A stretch of 64,000 bases of DNA from Candidatus Heimdallarchaeum endolithica (GCA_021513715.1 CP084167.1:1600001-1664000); one strand, 5' to 3'; shown: positions 7,250-17,699, numbered from the stretch's first letter. Notes: generated by a model from the sequence alone, not told the origin. Translations and numbers: made by a program.

Positions 7250-8824
7250 ATGACCCCTGATTCTACTAATAACACATTTAGTGTTCCTATAAACAATAAA
7301 AAAATAGAAAATGTTCCTTCTACAATTATTGAATTTATTGAATCTAATCGTTCTTTATTTGATTCTTTTCAATTTCCTGTTATGATTACTGATGCTGACC
7401 GACGTATATTGTATATCAACCCTATTTTTAAAGAAGTTACAGGTTATAGTGACACTGATCTTTTAAACAATTTTTGGAACGATCTTGCTCCTCCTGAGTC
7501 TTTAGGTAAACTGCTTAAATACCATCATATTCGGAAGAAATTTCCGGATAAAGCTCCTAGTTCTTATGAAACTAGCTTTTCTTTAAAAAATGGACAGGAG
7601 AAAGAGTTTCTCCTTACAGTCACTCCATTATTTAATAATTATCTTTTTTTTCTTACTTTTACTGATGTTACTTCAAAGAAATTGGCTAAAATTGAACTTT
7701 CTCGCTCTTATGAACAATATTATACACTTGTCAACACTTCTCCCGATGGTATTTTACAATTAGATAAAGACTTAAACATTATAATGGCAAATAATGTTGC
7801 TAAATGCTTTATTAGACTTTTCTATGAAGAAGCTGAAATTATTGGCAAAAGTGTTTTCTGCTTAATACCTGAAGATCAACATGCAATAATTGACAATGCT
7901 GTAAAACATGCTATTAAAGAGGGGTATTATCGTAATTTGGAAATATCTTTACCAAATAAAAAAACTGGAACAACTTCTTATTTTGAGATTAACACTTCTG
8001 TAGTTTATGATCATGAAGAACCACTTTTTTTCATTGCTATAGTGCGTAATATTAGTGATCGAAAACAAATGGAAAAACAACTTCATGGATATACTACTAA
8101 ACTTGAACACTTAGTTAAGGAAAAAGCTAACAAATTAATGGAGCAAGAGCGTGTTGCGATGCTTGGACGTCTCGCTTCATCGATTAGTCACAACATTAAC
8201 AATCCTTTGCAATATGTTATTGGAAACGCAGAGCTCATTTTAAAACTATTAAACGAGCCTGACTTAGAACGTTCCTTGCTTCAAAATTTAGCTCAAACAC
8301 TCATTTCTGGCTGTTACCGTATAGTAGAAGTTTCTGATAAACTTCGTCGAGCTTCACGAAAAAGTGATGTGAGCATTTTTGATATAGCTATACCCATTGA
8401 AGTTGCTATTTCTGTAACTAAAGGTAAATGGATGAAAAAGTGCTCTCAGATCAAAGTTCGCTATTTAACTGATAAAGCCATCAAAATTAAAGGTGTTGAA
8501 TCTGACATTGCACATGTTTTCATGAATCTCATTATCAATGCAGTTCAAGCAATTAAAGAGAAAGGAGAGATAGAGATACGTATTTCAAAACTTTCTTCTC
8601 GTAAAGTTTTCATTGAAGTTCAAGATAACGGTAGTGGCATTCCCCCTGATATTGCTGATAAAATAGGTAAAGAAACTGTTACAACAAAAAGTCCAGAAGT
8701 TGGTACGGGATTAGGTTTATTATGGGTTTATGACACGATACATCAGCATTATGGAACAATTGATTTTGAAACCAAACTGGAAAAAGGAACTACTTTTAGA
8801 ATTGCTCTTCCTATTGCAAATTAG
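7250..8824 (+). CDS. Cytoplasmic PAS-PAS sensor histidine kinase (HisKA + HATPase_c)
   Basis: Two PAS domains, H-box SHNINNPL, N-box NLIINAVQA, G1 DNGSGIP and G2 GTGLGL; no TM segment. Confidence 0.93.
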   Translation: MTPDSTNNTFSVPINNKKIENVPSTIIEFIESNRSLFDSFQFPVMITDADRRILYINPIFKEVTGYSDTDLLNNFWNDLAPPESLGKLLKYHHIRKKFPDKAPSSYETSFSLKNGQEKEFLLTVTPLFNNYLFFLTFTDVTSKKLAKIELSRSYEQYYTLVNTSPDGILQLDKDLNIIMANNVAKCFIRLFYEEAEIIGKSVFCLIPEDQHAIIDNAVKHAIKEGYYRNLEISLPNKKTGTTSYFEINTSVVYDHEEPLFFIAIVRNISDRKQMEKQLHGYTTKLEHLVKEKANKLMEQERVAMLGRLASSISHNINNPLQYVIGNAELILKLLNEPDLERSLLQNLAQTLISGCYRIVEVSDKLRRASRKSDVSIFDIAIPIEVAISVTKGKWMKKCSQIKVRYLTDKAIKIKGVESDIAHVFMNLIINAVQAIKEKGEIEIRISKLSSRKVFIEVQDNGSGIPPDIADKIGKETVTTKSPEVGTGLGLLWVYDTIHQHYGTIDFETKLEKGTTFRIALPIAN

Positions 8825-8861
8825 AAAAATGACTTCAATGAAATTTTACTTTATAATTTAT

Positions 8862-9809
8862 TTATTTTTTTAATGTTCGTTCTCCCACTACATATTTAGA
8901 CTTTATTTCTATTTGTTTCTGTTTTTTTGATTTTGTTTTTTTCTCTTTTACTTGATAAATCAGTCTATTTTTTGTTTCATCTACCATCAATTTTATTGAA
9001 ACATTTGTCCCCTCTAGTCTTTTTCTCCACTGATAGCATAGTAGATTTAAGAACTCTTTTTCACTCATTTTCTCAGGATTTGCTAAACTGTGTAGAGCTT
9101 CAACATCTTTATAATTGTCAAAAATTATTTCATACATATCTTTTTTTTTGAAGATGACACCTTTTAACCCGTAAACATTTTCTCCAATAATTGAAATATA
9201 TGCTACAACTTTAAAAATTCCTTCAAGAAATCCAAATAGTTCATCAAGTTCTTCTTGAAAAAATTCTTTATCATCAAAAAATTGTTTTGCCTTATTCTTC
9301 CCCAAATTACTTGTCAAGTAAGTATAGATTTTATTTATCATTTGAACTCTCATCTTGGCGTCCATCAGTCTTATCCAATTTTCATTAAGTCTTGGTATTT
9401 CTATTCTCTCTTGTTTTGGTTCTTCATAAACAGCTACCGTAGTATTATTTAAACCTGTAATTACTAGTTTTTGAAACTCCTTCATAGGATTATTTAGAAT
9501 CCATGTAATATCCTCATTTTCTGTTGGAGAGATTCTTGTTGAACTATGAATCCTTATTTCGCCATTACTCATTTTCTTTATAAATCGTGGATAAATCCTA
9601 AATCTTGCCAAACTATTTTTGAAATTATTTATTATCATACTAATAAAAGCTTGAATTACCCCTTGTGCTGCAAGATCTTCTGATTGTATTACAGTTTCGA
9701 TTTCCCAGTGCCTTTGCTCGTTAACTATTGTTTCCACAGAATAAAGTAACTGATTTATCTCTTCTAATTCAGTTTCGTTTAGATTTACAACTTGAACCAA
9801 GTTTACCAC
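8862..9809 (-). CDS. Hypothetical protein
   Basis: 315-aa ORF convergent with the kinase; no motif recognised with confidence. Confidence 0.75.
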   Translation of the reverse strand: MVNLVQVVNLNETELEEINQLLYSVETIVNEQRHWEIETVIQSEDLAAQGVIQAFISMIINNFKNSLARFRIYPRFIKKMSNGEIRIHSSTRISPTENEDITWILNNPMKEFQKLVITGLNNTTVAVYEEPKQERIEIPRLNENWIRLMDAKMRVQMINKIYTYLTSNLGKNKAKQFFDDKEFFQEELDELFGFLEGIFKVVAYISIIGENVYGLKGVIFKKKDMYEIIFDNYKDVEALHSLANPEKMSEKEFLNLLCYQWRKRLEGTNVSIKLMVDETKNRLIYQVKEKKTKSKKQKQIEIKSKYVVGERTLKK

Positions 9810-9949
9810 ACAATCAAATTCTGTCTACAGATGAAATATGAAATATTCTTTTTATTTATTTCTGAGGAACTGAAAAAAAATTCATAATAAAGAAAGTTCG
9901 TTTCAAAATGTCACTCTTTTTAAATTATTATTAACTTTTTTCTTTAACA

Positions 9950-11278
9950 ATGCCTTTACAAGAGAAAAAGGAAGTGAGAGAGACAACACTTGTCTTGGCA
10001 GAGAGCGATATTTTAATCAAACACCGAAGAGCATATAGAAACTTAACCCAAAAATATATTATTTCAGAAAGGTTTATCACTCAACTTCCTGTGATTAATG
10101 CTCAAGCAAAAGATAAATTTGCAGATCTTCCTACAACAATTAACAAAGAGGAAAACAGGACTATTGTTGAATTTAAACATAGAAAACCCATAAAACCTAG
10201 AGAAATATGTGCAGCAGAGTTGTCTCTATTAATTGATGACTCTTTCACTAATCGAATTGGCTATTTACGAATTATTGATTGGCCAAGCGAAGATTTAACC
10301 GATATACATTTTTTACACACAAAACCTTTTTTTGTTTCTGCCATTGGTAAAGTTGAAAAAAACACTATAACTCCAGCTCCTGGATTCAAATCTATCATAA
10401 GTCATGCTAGAAAAGGTTCTACCATTCGTATTGAATATCTTCCCAAGACAAAACCCATCCCCTCAATTATTTGGACTGAGGAGTATATTATTAAAAATAT
10501 ATCAGAAGAATCAATAGAAGAATGTGCATTAAAATTTTTGGTCCCGAGAAATGACATAAAACAAAAAGTAAGCATAAAAGCTAATGAGAAAATAACTTTA
10601 TCTCAAGATTCAGATGGAAATGCTTGGGCAAATGCTACCTTACATAAACTACAAAAAGGAGAAAAGAGAAAAATAACTCTAATGTATAAAATTGATAAAA
10701 CAAGCTACTCTTTCTCTAATGATTATGGAAATATTCAGTTCCTAAAAAGTTTATCAGAACCTAGCTCAGCAGGACGATATTATCTTAAAGGATCAAAACT
10801 CTGGCCTGTTAATGATATCAAAATTCAGAAGATAGCTAGAAGTATTCTTGAAGATCAAACAGAGATTTTTAATATTGTAAAACTAATCTTTGAATTTGTT
10901 AACCAGAGTTTCACTTATGAAGCAAACGGAGTTAGATTACCTGCTGATGAAATGATTAAAAGTAAGAGGGGTGACTGCTCTGAATTCAGCGATTTATTTG
11001 TAACACTAGCAAGAGCTTGTGGTATTCCTGCGAGAGTGTGCACAGGTTACTTTTGGGGCCTTAATGGTAAATTAGAAGGGCATGCTTGGTGCGAAATTTT
11101 CACTAAACAAGGGTGGATGCAATTAGATCCTTTGCATGGTTTTTTACATGGAGTATCATTTCAGCACATTCTTTTTTCTAAAGAATCAAATGATGTTGAT
11201 TATCCCTCTTATATTGTGAAGAATATAGGTGGAGAAATTGACATAAAAAAAACATCTTATGTAGAGGTAAAAAAATAA
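9950..11278 (+). CDS. Transglutaminase-like domain protein
   Basis: GDCSEFSDLFVTLARACGIPAR, HAWCE and LDP give a Cys-His-Asp triad. Confidence 0.9.
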   Translation: MPLQEKKEVRETTLVLAESDILIKHRRAYRNLTQKYIISERFITQLPVINAQAKDKFADLPTTINKEENRTIVEFKHRKPIKPREICAAELSLLIDDSFTNRIGYLRIIDWPSEDLTDIHFLHTKPFFVSAIGKVEKNTITPAPGFKSIISHARKGSTIRIEYLPKTKPIPSIIWTEEYIIKNISEESIEECALKFLVPRNDIKQKVSIKANEKITLSQDSDGNAWANATLHKLQKGEKRKITLMYKIDKTSYSFSNDYGNIQFLKSLSEPSSAGRYYLKGSKLWPVNDIKIQKIARSILEDQTEIFNIVKLIFEFVNQSFTYEANGVRLPADEMIKSKRGDCSEFSDLFVTLARACGIPARVCTGYFWGLNGKLEGHAWCEIFTKQGWMQLDPLHGFLHGVSFQHILFSKESNDVDYPSYIVKNIGGEIDIKKTSYVEVKK

Positions 11279-11306
11279 GATTGACTTTTTAATAGATGAA
11301 GTTTAT

Positions 11307-11906
11307 TTATTTTTTTTCCAAACTAGATATAACACTTTCTAAAATTTGTTTTTCTTCATCATTTTCTTCTTTAATCATTAGATCCCAAAGGATGGGCAGT
11401 GATTCTTTTGTTGCATAAATACGCACTAAACTTAGAGCTAGTTTTTTAGGAAAAGAATTGTTTTCATTTGCAATTATGTTTAACAAAAATTTTTCCAACT
11501 GTTCATTATCTAGTTTTTTCTTTTCATGAATTTTCCTCAAAGCAGTCCCTTTAATGATACTTGATGAACCTGTCCTTACTTCTTTCACAAGAAAATCTTT
11601 ACTATTAAAATTCTCATAATCACCTAAAGTTTCAATTATGGCAATTTTCACGCTTTCATCCTTTTCTCTATAATAAATCCTTTCAAGTTTTTCTCCATTA
11701 TCTTTTGTATCGTAATTTTTTAATTGAATTGCAGCTAAAACTCTAATTTTGTAAAATTTCTCTTTTTCTAATATATCTAACAAAAAATCTGCAATATCTG
11801 GATCACATAAAGTATTCCACTTAATAAGTTGGTCGATTTTTTCTTTATCTGTACCATTTCTAAACTTATATTTTATTCTTGAAGGTTCAATCTTCATCAA
11901 GAACAT
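11307..11906 (-). CDS. HEAT-repeat protein
   Basis: Repeated helical units IRVLAAIQL, VKIAIIETLG and IKGTALRKI. Confidence 0.75.
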   Translation of the reverse strand: MFLMKIEPSRIKYKFRNGTDKEKIDQLIKWNTLCDPDIADFLLDILEKEKFYKIRVLAAIQLKNYDTKDNGEKLERIYYREKDESVKIAIIETLGDYENFNSKDFLVKEVRTGSSSIIKGTALRKIHEKKKLDNEQLEKFLLNIIANENNSFPKKLALSLVRIYATKESLPILWDLMIKEENDEEKQILESVISSLEKK

Positions 11907-11977
11907 TTCAGTTTTTTCTATAAAAAGAAATCGAATTGGGGTTTATATAGTTCAATAGTATTATATTTAAGAGGAAG

Positions 11978-12559
11978 TTGACTTTAAAAATTGAAACAAA
12001 AAACAAAGAAAAAGAAAAAATGAAATTTGCAATAGTTTACTTTAGCGATAAAGGTTTTACTGTTTTTTTAACAAACATATTTGACAAAAAATTACTTATA
12101 AATTTAGAACATTATCCTACATTAATTGGGATTATGCAAAACCAAGATCCTTCTGGTTTAACTACAATAAAAGTTGATGATAACAATTTTCTCTACACCT
12201 ATATTATAAATTTAAAAAACCCAGAAGCTAGAGACCCCAGACTCAAGAAAGATACTATGACTGTGATCAACTTCCTCGTTAATAAAGAAACAAATAGAAA
12301 AATAATTCTATTTTACGATGAATTTGAGAAATTTTTAGATGATTTTTTTTATCCTGTTGTTTTTTTGGATGACTTATATGCTATCGACTTTTCTAATTTA
12401 ATTTCAAAGTTTCTAAATATAGCCTACAATCAAACTGAAATCAACAACTCTTTACTTGAAATCTCAGAGGAAGCAGTGATTTCAAAAAGAAATAATAGAA
12501 AACTATCTTTAGCAGTAGAATTTAACAAATGGATAGAAGAAAATCACCAAATTAAATAG
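11978..12559 (+). CDS. Hypothetical protein, probable longin/uDENN-like domain (likely start ATG 12020)
   Basis: IVYFSDKG...FLYTYIINLKNPEAR...TMTVINFL resembles the folliculin/DENN longin pattern by eye. Confidence 0.55.
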   Translation: MTLKIETKNKEKEKMKFAIVYFSDKGFTVFLTNIFDKKLLINLEHYPTLIGIMQNQDPSGLTTIKVDDNNFLYTYIINLKNPEARDPRLKKDTMTVINFLVNKETNRKIILFYDEFEKFLDDFFYPVVFLDDLYAIDFSNLISKFLNIAYNQTEINNSLLEISEEAVISKRNNRKLSLAVEFNKWIEENHQIK

Positions 12560-12634
12560 TTATTTGTCTATTGGACAATATTTTAAATCTGTTCAATAAA
12601 CAGTCATTTAACTACTTAAAACAAATGGGATATT

Positions 12635-13552
12635 ATGCTTGAGATTAGGTTTCATGGGCGAGGAGGAACAGGAACTGTCACTGCTTCTCGTGCTTTAGCT
12701 AAAGCAGTATTTTATGAAGGAAAACATGCTGTAACATTTCCTTCATTTGGTGCAGAAAGAAGAGGAGCTCCTGTCTTGGCTTTTGCTAGAATAGATAATA
12801 AAAAAATAACAAAACGCACTCAAATTTATGAACCTGATATAGTTGTAGTACTAGATGATTCACTTCTTGAATTAACTGATGTAGCTAAAGGTCTAAAAGA
12901 AAACGGTATATGTGTTGTAAATACAAAAAAGAAGCCAGAAGAAATACAACTATCAAAGGTAGTAAAAGTTGCCACAGTCGATGCGTCAAAAATTGCTAGA
13001 GAGGAAATAGGACTAGAAATAACAAATAGTGCAATTTTGGGTGCACTAGCCAAAAGTGTAAATATCGTTTCTTTGAGTAACTTGTTGAAAGCAATAAAAG
13101 AAGTTTTTGCTGTAAAACTAGGAGAAAGTGCAGCAGAAAAAAATTGTAATGCAGCAAAAAGAGCGTATAACGAAACAACTTTTGGCCAATGTAAAGGAGG
13201 TAAATCTTATCAAGAGCACCAACCTTGGCTACCCACAGTCGACGAATTGCCAATTGGTACAATAATTCCAAAAACTAAAGTGAAAACAGGACAAATGATA
13301 GGGCCTGGAACAGCTAATACTAGAATTACAGGTACATGGAGTCATAAAAAGGCATTTATTGATACTGAAAAATGCATAAAATGTCTACAATGCGTATTTC
13401 ATTGTCCTGAAGGGACTATACACAGAGAAGAAGATATAATTAAAGTAGATTGGTCATATTGCAAAGCTTGTGGTGTTTGCATAAATATTTGCCCCAAATC
13501 TGCAATCTCATTTATAACTGTAAAAGATATTGCAGAGATAATAAGTAAGTGA
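12635..13552 (+). CDS. porG: 2-oxoacid:ferredoxin oxidoreductase gamma subunit fused to the delta (2x4Fe-4S) subunit
   Basis: EIRFHGRGG and FGAERRGAPV (gamma); TGTW, CIKCLQCVFHCP and CKACGVCINICP (delta). Confidence 0.9.
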   Translation: MLEIRFHGRGGTGTVTASRALAKAVFYEGKHAVTFPSFGAERRGAPVLAFARIDNKKITKRTQIYEPDIVVVLDDSLLELTDVAKGLKENGICVVNTKKKPEEIQLSKVVKVATVDASKIAREEIGLEITNSAILGALAKSVNIVSLSNLLKAIKEVFAVKLGESAAEKNCNAAKRAYNETTFGQCKGGKSYQEHQPWLPTVDELPIGTIIPKTKVKTGQMIGPGTANTRITGTWSHKKAFIDTEKCIKCLQCVFHCPEGTIHREEDIIKVDWSYCKACGVCINICPKSAISFITVKDIAEIISK

Positions 13553-13598
13553 TTTTTTGCAACGAAAAGGGTAAAATACTCTTCTTTTTTTTGTTGTT

Positions 13599-14492
13599 TT
13601 ATTTGTATTTGTCTAATTTATCTCCCTTTTTATGAAATTCTTTATAGACATCAAAACTTATAACATCATCTTTTTTTGAGGAAAAATCTAAAGGTTCTCC
13701 TTCATCATATTCTTCATCATATTCTTCATCAAAGCTGTCAAAATCATCTTCATCTGCAAAATCTTCAAAATCGTCTTCTGCTTCCCAAAATATCATTTCA
13801 TCTGGCTCTACAAATGAAGAGTCAAAAGTGTTTAATTTATCAGATTTTAAGTCTAGGTCAAACAATTTTTCTAGTTCTTTAAGTGCAATAAGAGCTGCTT
13901 CATTATCAGCCTCAAAGGTATTACAATAAGATAAAACAACTAGTGTAGCTAACGAGTAGGCACTAGACTCCATAAGCAGGTAGTGAATTGGTCCCTTTAT
14001 AGACAAATGATCTTTAAATGTTCTTTTCACTCCAAATTGTTCTGAATACTTTGTTGTAGGAATTAAGGCTACCCATGAATCATTAGATGAATTCCTAATT
14101 TCTTCTCTCAAACCACCTATTGCTATATATCTCTTAGCTTTCCAAGAAAGAATCTCTTGACTTAATAACTTCCAAAAAACATCTGGTAAAGCTCGAATCC
14201 CGACAACAGGCACATTTAATCTAGATGTCACAAGAACAAATTTTTCTTGAGGATCATTCGATTTGATATCTAGTTTAAAAACAGTGATAGGAGCTTCAAG
14301 TCGATCGTTATGAAACCAACTTACAGGTCCCCAATAGCCAATAGAAGTAACCCTAAAAGCTTCTGCTAAATGATTTGCAACTAGTCTTCCTACAGAACCA
14401 TAACCTGAGAAGCCTATGATAACTGTTGTATCTTCATCGATAATACTAGAATCGAGAGAAAAATGTTGGGAGATTACAAGAGATTCTTTCAT
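13599..14492 (-). CDS. PAC2-family proteasome assembly chaperone with an acidic C-terminal tail
   Basis: IIGFSGYGSVGRLVANHL, IAIGG, IKGP and D..AA..AL..L motifs; D/E-rich tail. Confidence 0.8.
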   Translation of the reverse strand: MKESLVISQHFSLDSSIIDEDTTVIIGFSGYGSVGRLVANHLAEAFRVTSIGYWGPVSWFHNDRLEAPITVFKLDIKSNDPQEKFVLVTSRLNVPVVGIRALPDVFWKLLSQEILSWKAKRYIAIGGLREEIRNSSNDSWVALIPTTKYSEQFGVKRTFKDHLSIKGPIHYLLMESSAYSLATLVVLSYCNTFEADNEAALIALKELEKLFDLDLKSDKLNTFDSSFVEPDEMIFWEAEDDFEDFADEDDFDSFDEEYDEEYDEGEPLDFSSKKDDVISFDVYKEFHKKGDKLDKYK

Positions 14493-14551
14493 TTTTACCT
14501 TGAGCTAAAAAGAAAAAGGAGGGTAAAAAAATTTGTTGTTGTGCAACTTTT

Positions 14552-16018
14552 TTATTCTTTTCTTCTTACGTTTGCTTTTGAAATAAATTCTTTTTCTGCT
14601 GGCCAAAGAAGTGTGGCAATGGTGGTTAGAACTAATAGAAAAACAATAGGTATCATTAAACCAATCATATTATAGTAAAAGTAAATATCTCCTACAAAAC
14701 TATAAACGATTATCAAAGCAACGCCACCAAGAACTATTCCTATTATTTCACTTAATGACATTATAGTTTGCTGGACACTCATTGTTGTTCCATGTCTTTC
14801 TTCTTTAAAGCCTATTGAAGAACTATCACCTAATCGTCCACTAATTGCAGGAAAATATGCTGAAGCAAGGATAACAAAAATTACAAGCAATGTAATAATC
14901 CAAGAATGATCAAGAATAGAAGATAAATCTTCAGGATCAACATAATTACCAAAATAAGAGAAGCCTAACATAAAAGTCATACCAATCATCCCAAAAACGC
15001 CAATAGCTAATGTTTTCTTGCGACCTATTTTATCTGCAACATAACCCCATAAAGCCATTGGCGCCCCCATAAGCAAAGTTAAAAGAACTGTAACTGTACT
15101 TCCTACATCAGCACCCGTTTCTAAGGAAATGACAAGAAAAGCCCAATTATTCAAGATTCCGATGATTGAAGCTGTACCTACTAGTGGAAGGATAATTCCT
15201 CTTCTTTCTTTGTTTGTCAGAAGATTCCAAGATGCTAGTAACTGCTTCTTTAGACTGAAATTGCTCCTAGAAATAATAGGCTTTGTTTTTTCAACTGTAA
15301 AGTAAACTATCAAGGCAGAAATTATTAGAAAAAAAGCAAAAACCAGATATTCATAAACCAACCATGAGGGTCTTAAGGGGTGCCATGATGCATCATCACT
15401 TTGACCCACAAAAAATTTGTAAAGAAATCCAGCTAAAACTACCCCAGTTGATCTCCCTGCGGTCACAGCAACATTGTACATACCCATTCTTGTTGCTCGA
15501 TTTTCATATACACTAAAACGTGAGATATAACCATAAGAAGCATTAACTTTAGCACTACCAGCAACACCATGAATAAAATGATACACACTCATTCCGAATA
15601 TTATTAGTCCATTAGCAAGAGGAACGATACCTATTAACCCTTGCCAATCAAACGCGCAAACGCCATATCCAAAGAGGACTAAACCTCCACTTGCTGTTCC
15701 AAAAAGAATCCACTTTTTTGCATCATCAATATCAGCTTTACTCCCAAAAAAGCCTGAAGAAGCGATTACTGCAAGTGCATAAGTAATCTCAACAATCATT
15801 ATTGCTATATTTGCAACCCAACCCTCCATTTTTAGGTGTTTGTATATATAAAGAGGCATTAAAACTGTAGTACTACCAAAAGCAACTCGTAAAAAAAATG
15901 TTGAGATGATAATACCTAAAAAAGAAAGTTTTTGGTGTCTTAACTTAAATAACTTCTCATCTTCTTTACTATTGGTTGATTTGTCGATCATAATTTTCAC
16001 TAATTGTTTAGACAGCAA
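14552..16018 (-). CDS. MFS transporter (likely start ATG 15991)
   Basis: About 12 TM segments; motif A GYVADKIGRKK. Confidence 0.9.
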   Translation of the reverse strand: MLSKQLVKIMIDKSTNSKEDEKLFKLRHQKLSFLGIIISTFFLRVAFGSTTVLMPLYIYKHLKMEGWVANIAIMIVEITYALAVIASSGFFGSKADIDDAKKWILFGTASGGLVLFGYGVCAFDWQGLIGIVPLANGLIIFGMSVYHFIHGVAGSAKVNASYGYISRFSVYENRATRMGMYNVAVTAGRSTGVVLAGFLYKFFVGQSDDASWHPLRPSWLVYEYLVFAFFLIISALIVYFTVEKTKPIISRSNFSLKKQLLASWNLLTNKERRGIILPLVGTASIIGILNNWAFLVISLETGADVGSTVTVLLTLLMGAPMALWGYVADKIGRKKTLAIGVFGMIGMTFMLGFSYFGNYVDPEDLSSILDHSWIITLLVIFVILASAYFPAISGRLGDSSSIGFKEERHGTTMSVQQTIMSLSEIIGIVLGGVALIIVYSFVGDIYFYYNMIGLMIPIVFLLVLTTIATLLWPAEKEFISKANVRRKE

Positions 16019-16328
16019 TAGGGCAAGCTTATTAAATTTATTGTTTAATTGGCGTAAGTTTTAAGATCTTAAGTGCTAATACCAAAATGGAATTTTATTT
16101 AAAACTTATTTGATTTAAAATTCAAATATAAGCGTAAGAAAATTTTAAATGTTTTAACGTCAATGTATTTGTAATAATAAAAGAAGTAGCATATTGATCT
16201 ATATTGAGATACTGACTCCGATAGATTTTTATGTTCCTTCTGTGATATGCAAAATATTTAAGAATGGCAGTGTCCATAACATATAATGATATAATTAAAA
16301 AAGCTAGATTAAAAATAAAGGTGGAAAA

Positions 16329-16751
16329 ATGTCAGAAAATAGCGTTACTATGGCAAAAATGACCAAATTAGTGGCAGAGGAACCAATCGAGTTACCTGAA
16401 GAATTTTTAGAAGCTCTTAAACCAGATGGAAAGAGTCATGCAGTGTTAATTTTAGCACCGAATACTAGAATAATTAGAATCATACCCACAGAATCGCCCG
16501 AAGTGATAAAGATTAATATCAATATAGGAAAACTTTCTCCAGATTTCTTACGTAAGATGGGATCAATCTTTATTCGACTTGGAATCAAAACTTTGTACAG
16601 CACGGGGTTGTGTTTCACTCAAAGCGCGTGTGTATACGAAGGGTACATTGATAGTGAAGAATTAAAGGAAGTATCAATTGATACAATAAAAGACGAGTTA
16701 GAGAGAATAGAAGGCGTTTCTAGCGTCGAAGTAGAACATCTAACAGTGTAA
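16329..16751 (+). CDS. Small protein, AbrB-like N-terminus plus ACT-like domain
   Basis: PIELPEEFLEAL hairpin-type pattern; C-terminal ACT-like pattern ending IKDELERIEGVSSVEV. Confidence 0.5.
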   Translation: MSENSVTMAKMTKLVAEEPIELPEEFLEALKPDGKSHAVLILAPNTRIIRIIPTESPEVIKININIGKLSPDFLRKMGSIFIRLGIKTLYSTGLCFTQSACVYEGYIDSEELKEVSIDTIKDELERIEGVSSVEVEHLTV

Positions 16752-16867
16752 TATGTTTGGTTCCTAAACCATAACATGATTCTTTCTATTTTTTATTTCT
16801 TAATTGATATTTTATCAAAAATTGTGCCACTTTTCTGTAAGTTTTCAGATAAAACAAATTTGCAAAT

Positions 16868-17569
16868 TTAGGTAAGACTATCTACTTGCTCCTTTTTTTC
16901 AGAAAAAATTTCTTTTTCTTCTACTTCTCCTAGTATCCAGTCACCAAGAGAGATAGAAAAGGTTGTATCTTGATGTCCTGGGCATTCAATACGAATTGTT
17001 AAACTCTTTTTTGTTTTTTCTATAACTGTTGGAACTAAACAATTGTCTTCCAGGATATCAAGTAATGCTGAAACATAAGAATCAGAAATTGAACTAATAC
17101 TTTCTTCCTGAATTTTATTTCCCAAAGGACCTAGTTTATAGCAAGTTTTTCTTCCCTCTTTATATTTAGAAATAAGTCCAGCTTCTATCATTCGCTCCAC
17201 ATGATGTCTTACTGTGTCATGGTGTAAATTAAGTTCTCTAGCAATATCAGATTGGTAAGTACCTTCATTATTTGCTATACAATTGAATATTTTCTTTGCT
17301 GTTGGATGTTTTATAGCAGTAAAAGCTTTTTCAACTTCTTCAGATCTAAGGTTTCGAGGATAATAGATCCTTTTTCCACCAAATTTTAGGGATTTTATCA
17401 AGTTAGCTTTTTCTAGTTGTCTCAGATGCCAATCAATAGTTCCTTGAGGAAGGGACAAAATATTAGAGAGTTCAAAGAAATACAATCCAGGAGTTTCACA
17501 AAGAATCTTATAGATTTCTTTTCTTTGAGGATGTAAAATTAAAGTTTGCTCTTTCCTTTTGGTAGGCAT
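16868..17569 (-). CDS. Double winged-HTH (ArsR-like) transcriptional regulator
   Basis: Two wHTH units (RKEIY...PG...HLRQLEKANLI; KKIF...EG...HVERMIEAGLI); divergent from the MoxR operon. Confidence 0.88.
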   Translation of the reverse strand: MPTKRKEQTLILHPQRKEIYKILCETPGLYFFELSNILSLPQGTIDWHLRQLEKANLIKSLKFGGKRIYYPRNLRSEEVEKAFTAIKHPTAKKIFNCIANNEGTYQSDIARELNLHHDTVRHHVERMIEAGLISKYKEGRKTCYKLGPLGNKIQEESISSISDSYVSALLDILEDNCLVPTVIEKTKKSLTIRIECPGHQDTTFSISLGDWILGEVEEKEIFSEKKEQVDSLT

Positions 17570-17699
17570 AATGTCCCTCTTACAATATTATATTAAATAC
17601 TTCTTTGTTAAAAAACTTTTTTGAGAAACAAGGTTTAATTCAAGAGATGATGAATATATATATTTTTAAGTAAGTATAGTGAGTTGTTTTTGGGTAGAA

